Below, piece after piece: positions 40,301 to 46,936 of a stretch of DNA of 50,684 bases (position 1 is its first letter; every line of letters begins with the position of its first letter). The DNA is taken from contig JBDRNT010000170.1 of NCBI GenBank assembly GCA_043810925.1, positions 1-50,684 of the forward strand. The letters run 5' to 3'. The notes under the pieces are model-generated. The model did not search any database. It saw nothing but the letters and a program-made list of their open reading frames with translations, and was not told where the DNA came from. This DNA comes from Candidatus Eiseniibacteriota bacterium. Its GTDB lineage: Bacteria; Arandabacterota; Arandabacteria; Arandabacterales; Arandabacteraceae. Position numbers and translations under genes: made by a program.

Positions 40301-42221
40301 CGGTATTCAGTTTACCGACAACAACACAGGTCTCCCGGTCGCCCTTGACCCGGCGGTTAAGTTCCCGCTTAAAACCGCTTCATGCAGGGTCAACAATCCC
40401 TCACAGCGTGTCGCGGTGTCCTGTGTATCCGGACTGAACGGATACGCGAACTACGGCCAGGACAATGTCGATGTTCTGCATCTGGTCTTCCGGCATCCGG
40501 GAATATCCGAGGACTCGCAGGTACAGTTGACCGGTCTTTCCTTTGCGTTCGTCGATGAAGGTCGGAACACGGTGATCGCCGCCGATCTTTTTGATCGCAT
40601 CAGACTGCTGCGGCGGGAGACCGTGCTCGGAGAACTGAGCGGGTCCGATGCGGGCGACAGCCTCCTTACCATGTGGCTGACCACTCCACCCGTCGTGAGT
40701 CCGGGCGAGGTCGATACCCTGAGGCTCGAAGCTTCGATCAAGCCCATGTCTGTACACTCGGCGTTTGAGCTGACCATCTCTGACAGCACGCTTTTCACGC
40801 TGCGTGATCTGAGTTCGGGCGGGACGGTTGTCGCGATGAGTGACACGGGTTCGACGGCTGGCGGCAGCGTCTTTCCGATTATGTCCGGTCTTACGCGGCT
40901 GAAGTACCCCGCTCTTGAGCCCGAGGTTTGCGTGGCGTCAATCCTACCGGCCACAGTGATCGCCGGGAGCGATTCGGTTGCGCTCATAGAGATCGGCGTT
41001 GATTACCCCGCCGGCATAGAGCGCTCGTCCATCGCCTTCGAAACGGTGAAAGTCGCCGTTCTCGACACCCTCGAACGCGCAATCGACCCACACCGGTTAT
41101 TCGACCGCATCGGTTACTGCGTGCCGGGTGCGCAGGCGGTTTACGAACCATTCATCGAACTTGATCGTGGCTATACCGTGTTCCGGCTTGGTCCCGGCGG
41201 CATAACCATAGAGCCGGGCGGAAATGCTGTCGTCCGGCTGATAGCGGACATAGAGGCCGATACGCAGTTTGATCACTTCATCCTGAGAATATACCAGGAA
41301 GACGGACTTTCTGTCGTCGATGCCACGGACAGAGCCCACCACCCTGGCTTTGTCGAGGCTCCCGATTGCGGTGAGACCTTCCCGTTCGCGACAGGTATGA
41401 CAAGGATCCTTCTGCCGGCAGGCGCTCCTACAGTCAGGGTGAGCCCGCTGCCCGCCGAAATCGCTTTCCCCGGCCAGGCGGGCCATACCTTCTTCACGGC
41501 GGATCTGGTGTATGGCGGCACGCAGCATAAGGGGGATCTCGAAATGGAGTACTGGCGCGGGCGGATTTTCAAGCGCGGACCTGACGGGCTTGAGCCGGTA
41601 AGAGGAGATCAGGTCTTTGAAAGAGTCAGCCTCCTGTCCGACGGCCGGGCTGTCGCTTCTGACACGTCTTTTGCGGGAGACAGCCTCTCGCTATATATCG
41701 ATGAAGAATACATACTGCCGAGCGGCGAAAACAGGGCCATAAGCCTGACATGTGATATCAGGTCGGATGCCGTCCTTGGGAACTACGCCGTCGAGTTCGG
41801 TGATTCCGCATTCGCCGGTTTTGTGGACCGGGATCTCTTCACGGTTCTGCATCCCCGACTGGTGGGCGCTGATTACCCGGTTCTTACGGCCGAGATATCG
41901 GTAACCTCAGGAGACCTCGCCGGCTCCTTCAGTAACTGGCCGAACCCGTTCAACCCGGATCGCGAAGTGACGACGATAGGGTTCGTTCTTGCCCATGACG
42001 CCGAAGTCGATATCGAGATATTCACGATAACCGGTGAGCTGGTCAAGACGGTGGCGGCAGGTGCTTACCGGCCGGCCGGGGCGCATGAACAAGACATCTG
42101 GACCGGGCTGAACGATTCCGGGCACAAGGTGCTTCCAGGTACGTACTTCTGCAGAGTTACAGCCAGATATGCATCAGGCAACGCTGAGGAAGTGAAGAGG
42201 AAGGTCGCGATTATACGATGA
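31383..42221 (+). CDS. Giant secreted surface protein: two right-handed beta-helix modules, Ig-like repeats, C-terminal FlgD-Ig/T9SS-like tail
   Basis: TTG 31383 with GGGGG RBS and signal peptide (ORF track starts at 31335); 2x YYVS.SGD...PGDTV.ILPG.Y...SPAI.A.LD..PDMGA.E; PDTATV/GGIG repeats; NWPNPFNP...IFTITGELVK...WTGLNDSG..V.PGTY...KVAIIR. Confidence 0.9.
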   Translation: MCSSAVRIAAAVVILVAALILSAVQTAVAVVYYVSPSGDNLDDGLSQGTAWLSVDHGDELGILAPGDTVYILPGIYLVSNTISLTSSGTGVAPIVYAGQEDAMPRLVNIDSEDASIVMDGDHLVLSHISLTADPLVTVNGIDINGDSCTVYGCLIHDILYDGIEVTGSYNLILRNVAYSCGRHGIQSVESGVHNRYYGNTLWDNNYDGIQVLGSGSDNRIFNNLVIENGDDGISGPPDNVCGYNDVWNNHGMSYTGGVSDSAGGISEDPVFADAAAGDFTLRSGSPAIDAALDLGYPYTGAAPDMGAIEYTAYDATSYYVSLSGDDDNDGLSPGSEWLSIDNGDQKSILAPGDTVNILPGTYLPTSTVQLKTDGRADANITYRKFGSGDVVVDMGGASKVAILIEGDHVRLDSLEVTNTDEQGVHVKSDSCRVRGMYVHHTGKAGIRVEGKHNLFVKNIIAFTADDGVKNEGGADQNTYHNNTVHSNANKGFDLNTNNSRLFNNIVVDNDKGIDGNSANVCGFNDVWGNTSDDYNGGVFDSAGGISADPEFFDPVSGDFMLQCGSPAINAGLDLGDPYHGGAPDMGAVETDHCDSVAYIVVVPDTATVLEGTSLQYAAYGYASDSTFVQDLTDSVSWGMTDPSGTITAGGLYTAGHDLSPPDYHVIASYVAMVDSGAVTVATDGTLSYIRVELEDGRQFPDTTLTTDNDTTVFYCRGYDSGDNPLGDIVANWSLIEGDSIGKILPAGGMSTTLELRVAGTARVEARLGGGLADTSGVITCVAGEPVTLSVSPDTAVVSADSTLEFTASATDADGNPTGPIVSTVWEVLGGIGSIDSTGLFAAMTVGTGNIVGTSAGLSDTTGAIEVVVGEVARIDVAPATRVLNEGSSQQYTANGYDADSNFVFDLTDSVAWTTSDPSGSITTGGLYTAGSALSPPDYHVIATHLAMVDSGLVTVVTDGSLSHVRVELEDGRPFPDTTLTTDNDTTRLYCRGYDTGENPLGDQSVTWEVIGGDSIGEVSPISGTSTTLTLSRSGTGRVRVTHSATIKDTSGVLTCVAGEVTWIDLTPASNIITEGSSHQYAANGYDADSNFVIDLTDSVAWTTTDPSGSVTTGGFYTAGSDLSPPDYYVIATYVAMVDSGVVKVITDGSLRYVRVEMADGTPFPDTTLTTDNDTTRFYCRGYNSGDNPLGDQPVTWEVIGGDSIGEVSPLTGTSTTFTLLRLGTGRVGATYSPTIKDTSGVITCGAGDPAELIVSPDTATVSADSTLQFTSLSLDTDGNETDPQVIPAWEALGGIGAIDSSGLFSAATVGTGNILAVGSGLADTTGTITVIPGETVWIDVLPSTQIVIEDSSYQFTAYGYDGDSNLVDDFSVDALWSTTDPSGLVTGTGLYTAGTDPSPPVYLVRASLDLPLGSLHSVRDSSEITVLTSGSIKYVLVEAFDGTPFQDTTLTTDNDTTRLYCRGYDSGDNPVGDLAVTWSLIGADSIGTVSPGPATHTTMELSRLGTGLVVGTYGPGMSDTTGIITCVAGTPASLVIAPDTATTSAGSSVQFTTSTLDADGNPSSSVTIDAWDVLGGIGTISGTGLMTATTVGIGSVAGSGEGLTDTSGAVTVLAGELSQIAITPDSAVVTLGGTLAFEAGGTDAYGNVADVGDLTWAVLGGVGGIDGAGTFSALAVGSGRITVESSVNSISDTNRVVTVLPSGLKMLVVTPDTATVKIAGSVQFAATGFDENFQPVAVGDLTWQVLGGIGSIDQSGDFVASTTGVGYIAATSSVGGVGDTTSMIIVEVPTISEVPLGNNFARAGQTRVPVLGFKISNAFDGPEQLDGITLRDASHGTGSAGQILSNIDSLALYIDSNSSGGLDPSDAFIAGTDAISSTVDLSFSPVMIGPGSNRTFFVTATITRFPCDGDLLDFFLLPSTDVDLAGGTPVAGPDTLNSLGLCIVDGLIANQLTLIPTGTGTLTSESGLSNVLVIDVPRNGYAADVLEIFSVFNTGTADTTDLDSLSLYMDDGNGTWTGGEEETYIGDLSFTGNQWELSGLSVALTEQVTRFYLGAKLSEFAGNGATLALGFPLHALEMSSDNDGPVDTAIDPVETIAIASTETILAGVLPLEAGELIPGTTTGPITAVELVNRYSEPVHVDSIRFTNAGSDPGGASQAELDSQIDAVSLWLEGDGNHATRGPLDSLIASGGLQAGEVVFATGGISIPPAGGAVRMTVECTLNRLTSKNANLINFAILDGADIHFAQPVALSGSFPLKNEGDFSINTFPASNVAVHAVPGGTIFGGETDHLIFDFELPRNGYAADNLRSLRIVNTGSSNEQDALESVKLWAASGGLGSPQSAILLGEFEPEDGGWLISDLAVPLAEEGNRLFVTVDVATDDFGGGTLRFEIPIHGALYASGTNGPDDAPVGDLQSHLLFPANRITVIPIPGEASVVRPGAVRTAVLTFALYNGYAHQTHVLEAIRLSNGSRSVSTSAFADHELGQVSLYHDENTNRTFDDDMLIASGYFTDGSLSLSGLNVSLPSESLSYFFVAANLPLDVIDSDTLVVTIDEHSDFTFAQSVNLNGDLPLSRGGILTIDGSVAGQYGLVPCTVRTLSPGDTAVTLFALRPASNGNQVDVLESMRMGNDADADTSDFTLLKLWRDSNGDETYQATDSLLGQATYVGGDWLFEGIGLEIAGEPPVLFVTGDVTLRATPNSSLRPVLPLNGCGYASANDGPLDVPLGSGYAFVISTSGLKLTYESLSPRYSVGQPVDLNVHATNILPTTMYDVSCDITGIGEPGIVSLDSSSVARGVLSPGGTADFTASYTALEAGTVHWRIQAFSSNPADSSAPVQTEPVVIQTAPSGAVVEMISSIPTAVTRGQRQVFPLSIKYRHSDPSPLAASIRLDSLRVGIMDETGIPLSAGAIFSRMVLATGYTNLTILETLPDASTVLLGFSRPTVVSPGDEQVLSLQVDIDSLAGANSFALTIKSAAGIQFTDNNTGLPVALDPAVKFPLKTASCRVNNPSQRVAVSCVSGLNGYANYGQDNVDVLHLVFRHPGISEDSQVQLTGLSFAFVDEGRNTVIAADLFDRIRLLRRETVLGELSGSDAGDSLLTMWLTTPPVVSPGEVDTLRLEASIKPMSVHSAFELTISDSTLFTLRDLSSGGTVVAMSDTGSTAGGSVFPIMSGLTRLKYPALEPEVCVASILPATVIAGSDSVALIEIGVDYPAGIERSSIAFETVKVAVLDTLERAIDPHRLFDRIGYCVPGAQAVYEPFIELDRGYTVFRLGPGGITIEPGGNAVVRLIADIEADTQFDHFILRIYQEDGLSVVDATDRAHHPGFVEAPDCGETFPFATGMTRILLPAGAPTVRVSPLPAEIAFPGQAGHTFFTADLVYGGTQHKGDLEMEYWRGRIFKRGPDGLEPVRGDQVFERVSLLSDGRAVASDTSFAGDSLSLYIDEEYILPSGENRAISLTCDIRSDAVLGNYAVEFGDSAFAGFVDRDLFTVLHPRLVGADYPVLTAEISVTSGDLAGSFSNWPNPFNPDREVTTIGFVLAHDAEVDIEIFTITGELVKTVAAGAYRPAGAHEQDIWTGLNDSGHKVLPGTYFCRVTARYASGNAEEVKRKVAIIR
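33170..36760 (+). repeat. Intragenic tandem Ig-like module repeats
   Basis: Four DPSG...LYTAG...DTTLTTDNDTT..YCRGY blocks plus several PD(T/S)A...W..LGG(I/V)G blocks; 49-bp exact repeat at 34393-34441 and 34960-35008. Confidence 0.9.
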
Positions 42222-44233
42222 AACGCAGACTACTGCTTGCCATCTGTCTGGTTTCTGCCACCGCCTTATCCGCGGTAGCCGGTGACGGCGGCGCGCAGTC
42301 GCCCTTCAGCATGGGTGCAGGCGCCCGGGACCTCTCCCTGGCCGGCTCCGCGCTGGCTGAGGCCGATCCATTCGCGGCGCCATACTGGAATCCGTCGGTG
42401 CTTGCACGGACGGACCGGCTGTCGCTGGGTGCGTTTCACAGCCGTCTTTATGAGTCGCAGACTGTTTACCAGTATGTTGGACTGGCCGTTCCCACCATGG
42501 ACCTGGGTGGTTTCGGTTGCGGGATCTTCAGGCTGGGAGTCGGCGGGATCGAGAAGCGTGACGGGTTCAACTACCTCATGGGCGAGATCGAAGACAGCCG
42601 GCTTGCCGTCTATGTGGGCTACGGCCGCTCGGTATCGGGCTATGATGTCGGTCTTGCCGTCAACCTTGATCATCATTCCCTGGATGACTACAGTGCAACA
42701 TCTTCGCCCGGTCTCAGCGCATCGGTAGGGCGACACTTCGAGCCCGGTCCGGACTGGCTGCCTCGTGTCACTGCCGCCGTAAACGGACGAAACCTCATCA
42801 GACCGCGGATGAAGCTCGTGGATGCAAACATTACCCAGCCCTACGGCATAGAGGGTGGAATATCACTGACGGTTCTGCCGAAACCTTCGTGGGATCACAG
42901 TATAACAGCCTCGGCGGCAGTCGCTAAGGCCGACCTCGTTGACCCCCATATTGCAATCGGCCTTGAGTACAGTGTCCAGGACCGGCTATGGGTACGGGGT
43001 GGGGTCAGGAACGGCAAAGCCTCTTTCGGAGCAGGGCTGATGTACAGATCGATCCATCTTGATTATGCAATGGTCGATCGTGATCTGGGCAGTCTCCATA
43101 TGTTCAGCATAAGCGCCGACCTCGGCAGGCCAATGAGCGAGAAGCGGCAGATCCGCGCCGAGGCGCGGGAATCCGAGTTCAGCGCACTCATAAGCAAGCG
43201 GTTGGATGATCGGAACCGGGAGACAATCTCGAGTCTGGTCGCGCACGGTCAGGAACTGATAAGCAAGGATGACTTGAAACAGGCGGGCATCATTCTGGAC
43301 CGTGCCATTTTCCTCGCATCAGGCAGCGGTCTTGATACCATGCGGATCTACCGGACTGCCAGGGACGCCAGAGCACAGGTCGAGAAGGCGCTGCTCCAGA
43401 GTGCGTTCGCCGCCGACATGGACTCGGCGCGGGTCAGGATGGACACGGGAGACTATCTGGGCGCCAGGTACTACGCCGACCTTGCACTGGCGAAGATTCC
43501 CGACTCGGACGAAGCCGCAGGGATCCTTGAGAGTGCGGGCACCGCCATACACCAGAGCATAAGCAAGGATCAGATTCTTGAATCCCAGCTTCGCCTGGCG
43601 GACTCGCTTATGAGCTATGGCAGGTACGAGGAAGCATTGATCACCGTGCGCGCACTGAATACGATATCCGAAGATGACGAGAGGGTGAAGACCGCGACCA
43701 GAAAGGCGGAGTTCGGCCACTGGTGCGAAATCGCCGAGACGGCCTTCTCCCGGGCGGAGTACGGGAAAGCCAATGCCGCCCTGGATTCGGCCCTGGATGT
43801 CTTCCCCAAGCATCCCTGGTGCCTGAGTCTCCGTGGGCAGATCCAGCAGGTGCTGAGTCGTCCCGTGGAAAGTGTTACTGCGCCTGAGGTTGATGTGGAC
43901 ATACCGCTCGGAGATGACCTCCGCAAAGAGGTTGATGCGGACTACAGGACCGGGCAGCGATTGTTCGAAAAGGGTAACCTGGCCGGAGCCGTGGCACGAT
44001 GGGAGAAGGTGGAACGGCTTGCCCCGGGCTACATGTCGGTCCGGACGTATCTGGTTGATGCATACAAGTTCCTCGGTGTTGAGCTCTATACCAAGAGCCG
44101 GCTGGCCGACGCCGTGGAGGTCTGGAAGAAAGCTGCCAGGCTGGACCCCGCCAGCAGCGAGATTGCCGGTTACATCAAGCGTACGGAGAGTGAAATAGCA
44201 ACTTTGGAGGAGCTGTCGTATGAGTCCAGGTAG
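42218..44233 (+). CDS. PorV/PorQ-like outer-membrane beta-barrel fused to a C-terminal TPR-like helical region
   Basis: Signal peptide; GAGARDLSLAG...YWNPSVLA; barrel end GLEY...RGG...FGAG...LDYA...LGSLHMFS; then helical repeats (WKKAARLDP); ATGA overlap with the giant gene. Confidence 0.85.
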   Translation: MKRRLLLAICLVSATALSAVAGDGGAQSPFSMGAGARDLSLAGSALAEADPFAAPYWNPSVLARTDRLSLGAFHSRLYESQTVYQYVGLAVPTMDLGGFGCGIFRLGVGGIEKRDGFNYLMGEIEDSRLAVYVGYGRSVSGYDVGLAVNLDHHSLDDYSATSSPGLSASVGRHFEPGPDWLPRVTAAVNGRNLIRPRMKLVDANITQPYGIEGGISLTVLPKPSWDHSITASAAVAKADLVDPHIAIGLEYSVQDRLWVRGGVRNGKASFGAGLMYRSIHLDYAMVDRDLGSLHMFSISADLGRPMSEKRQIRAEARESEFSALISKRLDDRNRETISSLVAHGQELISKDDLKQAGIILDRAIFLASGSGLDTMRIYRTARDARAQVEKALLQSAFAADMDSARVRMDTGDYLGARYYADLALAKIPDSDEAAGILESAGTAIHQSISKDQILESQLRLADSLMSYGRYEEALITVRALNTISEDDERVKTATRKAEFGHWCEIAETAFSRAEYGKANAALDSALDVFPKHPWCLSLRGQIQQVLSRPVESVTAPEVDVDIPLGDDLRKEVDADYRTGQRLFEKGNLAGAVARWEKVERLAPGYMSVRTYLVDAYKFLGVELYTKSRLADAVEVWKKAARLDPASSEIAGYIKRTESEIATLEELSYESR

Positions 44234-45824
44234 CAGAACCATGCTGGCGGAGGACTGGCCCGAAGCATCCCAGTTTAAGAAGTCCATTCGTTTGGAGTTT
44301 GCGCTCTATGTCTCCGGGATCATGATCGCGATGATGCTGGTGATGGGGTACATCATATCCAGCCGGTATGTAAAGACCGTTACGCAGAGCGTCGTGGACA
44401 AGCTGCTGGTCCAGGCTCGCTCGTACTCCGAGCCGGCAGGAAAGCTGATCATCGCCGGCGACGCACCGGATGCCCTTTTACTCAATAACATATGCAAGAA
44501 GCTCGCAGACGGCGATCCTGACATCTACTGGGCCGGTATCACGGACGATCGCGATACATTCATAGCTCATACGGATATCAAGCAGGTGATCAACTCGGCG
44601 AAAATGCGGCCGGTCAGATCGGGTCAGTTCCAGAAAATGCTCAAACCGAAAGAAGGATTCAGCCTTGGGCGCGACACGGTTTTCATTGCCGTCCCTATAG
44701 CGGAAAACAATGTCGCACTGGGGAACCTCTCGGTAGCGGCTTCAGCGGCCCCCGTCAGGAAGGCGAGGACCACATCAATCGTGACTGTCGCCACAATCAC
44801 TCTTATCATGGCCGGGATCGGCATTCCCGTCACCATCGCGGTGTTACGCCGGAGACTTCGTCCGATCAGCATCATTACGGATCACCTGAAGACCGTCGAT
44901 CTTCAGAACATCTCGCTGGATATTCCTGTTACGAGTAAGAACGAATTCGGGTTTCTCGCGGAGACCATCAGGGTGATGGGCTCAAAGCTGGGCGCGGCCC
45001 AGAAGGAGCTGATTGAGAAGGAGAGAATGACGCGGGAGCTTGAGATAGCACGTGAGATTCAAGCCAATATCCTGCCGAAGGCCTACCCGACGGGTGTCGA
45101 GTTCCAATTGGCGGGTACCTACCGCAGTGCGAAGGAGGTCGGAGGCGACTACTACGATTTCGTCGAGTTCGATGACGATCGCCTTGGAATCCTGATCGCC
45201 GATGTTTCAGGGAAGTCCCTGCCCGGAATGCTTGTGATGTTGATAACACGCGATATTGTCAAGCGACTGGCCAGATCGGTTCGGGAACCCGCCGAGCTCC
45301 TGACCGCGGTGAACGCAGATCTTCTGGGGAACATCAAGCAGGGCATGTTCGTAACCATGTTCTACGGGGTCCTGGACAAGAAGACGGGGGAGTTCAAGTT
45401 CGCATCGGCGGGCCACAACCAGCTGATAGTAATCAAAGGGGACACAGGGAAGAGTGAACTGATCAAGACGCGCGGTTTCCCGTTGGGCATGATGGATTCG
45501 GACACGTACAAGAAGCGCATCGAAAGCGGCAAGATCATGCTCTCGACGAACGACTGGCTTATACAGTACACGGACGGAGTTAATGAAGCGCAGAACATCG
45601 ACGGGGAGGAGTTTGGGCTCGATCGGCTCATGCAGATCATTCAGGAGCGCAGAGACAAATCGCCAGGGGATCTCGTCAGCGAAATGCTCAGGGAACACGA
45701 CCTGTTTGTGGGCGATGCGGCTCAGTATGACGATATAACGTTGTTAGCTATTAAATGGGTGGAGCAAACTGCCGATACAAGAATTGGTGTTTTAGGGGAG
45801 ACAGAACATGTCGGTGACAACTGA
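44220..45824 (+). CDS. Membrane HAMP + PP2C/SpoIIE Ser phosphatase (RsbU-like)
   Basis: Two TMs around a periplasmic domain, HAMP (NEFGFLA), ELEIAREIQ, EVGGDYYD, ADVSGK, SAGH, YTDGVNEA, DDIT. Confidence 0.95.
   Translation: MSPGSRTMLAEDWPEASQFKKSIRLEFALYVSGIMIAMMLVMGYIISSRYVKTVTQSVVDKLLVQARSYSEPAGKLIIAGDAPDALLLNNICKKLADGDPDIYWAGITDDRDTFIAHTDIKQVINSAKMRPVRSGQFQKMLKPKEGFSLGRDTVFIAVPIAENNVALGNLSVAASAAPVRKARTTSIVTVATITLIMAGIGIPVTIAVLRRRLRPISIITDHLKTVDLQNISLDIPVTSKNEFGFLAETIRVMGSKLGAAQKELIEKERMTRELEIAREIQANILPKAYPTGVEFQLAGTYRSAKEVGGDYYDFVEFDDDRLGILIADVSGKSLPGMLVMLITRDIVKRLARSVREPAELLTAVNADLLGNIKQGMFVTMFYGVLDKKTGEFKFASAGHNQLIVIKGDTGKSELIKTRGFPLGMMDSDTYKKRIESGKIMLSTNDWLIQYTDGVNEAQNIDGEEFGLDRLMQIIQERRDKSPGDLVSEMLREHDLFVGDAAQYDDITLLAIKWVEQTADTRIGVLGETEHVGDN
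45752..45778 (+). promoter_or_regulatory. Internal sigma28/FliA-type promoter upstream of the STAS-kinase and STAS genes
   Basis: TAAA-N15-GCCGATAC ending 29 nt before ATG 45808 and upstream of its GGGGAG RBS. Confidence 0.65.
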
Positions 45825-46605
45825 AAAAGGTAGGAGGATTCTGGTACCCGGTGATCTGGACGAGGGGGCTCTGGATGGCTTCTTCACTGAGCTGGATATT
45901 ACGCTCGAGGAGACGCCGAAAGAGATCTCTCTGGACTGCTCGCTGCTGGACCATGCGACATCTGGTCACATAAACGTACTGTGGGATGCCCAGACCAGAT
46001 GTGAACACGCCGGTATCCCGATGCGACTGCTGTCTGTGAGGTTCGGTCTTGAGCGAGTCCTCAGGATCCTTGATCTGTTTGATCTGTTCACAGTTGAGCA
46101 GGTAACTACAGCCCCGGGCGACGATGCCACCGGCGGGAGGATCGGGGCCTTCATGCCCCCGGCCCTCGAGCTGGAGCTTCGCTCAACGATGGAAGACGTC
46201 AGTGAGGCCGTGGTCAGGCTCCACGACTACCTGGTGCGGCTGGGTCTTCCGGGCAGTTATGCCTTTGACATGGAGACGGTGTTTTACGAGGTTGCCACGA
46301 ATGTTCGCCGTCACGGAGGACTCGGGGAGAATGAGCTTATGTCGATCAGGGTGATACCGGGTGAGGAGCGCGTCAGCCTGCGTTTCGCGGATCCCGGGCA
46401 GCCCTTTGATCCCACCGGCAGGAAGACCATGTTCGATCCGCGCCAGGCCATCAGGCTGAAGCAAACCAACGGCATAGGATTGACAATGATAAAACGGCTC
46501 GTGGATACGATTTCATATGAACGTGTGGGAAACCGGTTGAACGTATTGACCCTGGAAAAGAAGATTAGTCCGGGGTGGAGGTGGCGAGATGATATCTCGG
46601 AATGA
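45808..46605 (+). CDS. STAS domain fused to anti-sigma Ser kinase (RsbW/SpoIIAB-like HATPase)
   Basis: STAS (LDCSLLDHATSGH...RVLRILDL); EVATNVRRHG, DPGQPFDP, GIGLTMIKRLVD, NVLTLEK. Confidence 0.9.
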   Translation: MSVTTEKGRRILVPGDLDEGALDGFFTELDITLEETPKEISLDCSLLDHATSGHINVLWDAQTRCEHAGIPMRLLSVRFGLERVLRILDLFDLFTVEQVTTAPGDDATGGRIGAFMPPALELELRSTMEDVSEAVVRLHDYLVRLGLPGSYAFDMETVFYEVATNVRRHGGLGENELMSIRVIPGEERVSLRFADPGQPFDPTGRKTMFDPRQAIRLKQTNGIGLTMIKRLVDTISYERVGNRLNVLTLEKKISPGWRWRDDISE

Positions 46606-46933
46606 CATCGATCATGAGTCTGTTGTCATTAATCCCGGTAAGGTCATGGACAACAGCAATGCGCATGAGGTTACGAAGTTCATAACTGCCCTACAGAAAG
46701 AGGGCTGCAAAAATGTCGTAATGGACATGAGCCAGCTCGAGTTCCTTTCATCCGCAGGTGTTGGATCGATCCTCGGCACCGTCGGCAGGGCAAGGGAGAT
46801 GGGTGGAGACATAATCCTGTGTAACCTCTCGAAGAAGGTGTTGCATATCCTGGAAGTCCTCGATCTTTGCGGCTACTTGACTATTAGGGAAAACGAGGAA
46901 GCGGCAAAAGAGGTATGTTCCGCCAGGGAATAG
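46589..46933 (+). CDS. STAS anti-sigma-factor antagonist (RsbV/SpoIIAA-like)
   Basis: VVMDMSQLEFLSSAGVG phospho-Ser motif, GGDIILCN..KVLHILEVL. Confidence 0.93.
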   Translation: MISRNDIDHESVVINPGKVMDNSNAHEVTKFITALQKEGCKNVVMDMSQLEFLSSAGVGSILGTVGRAREMGGDIILCNLSKKVLHILEVLDLCGYLTIRENEEAAKEVCSARE

Positions 46934-46936
46934 TCT

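Noticed and set aside
43319-44287. 322-aa minus-strand ORF and the many other short overlapping ORFs
   Set aside because: Antisense or alternate-frame shadows of well-supported genes in GC-rich DNA
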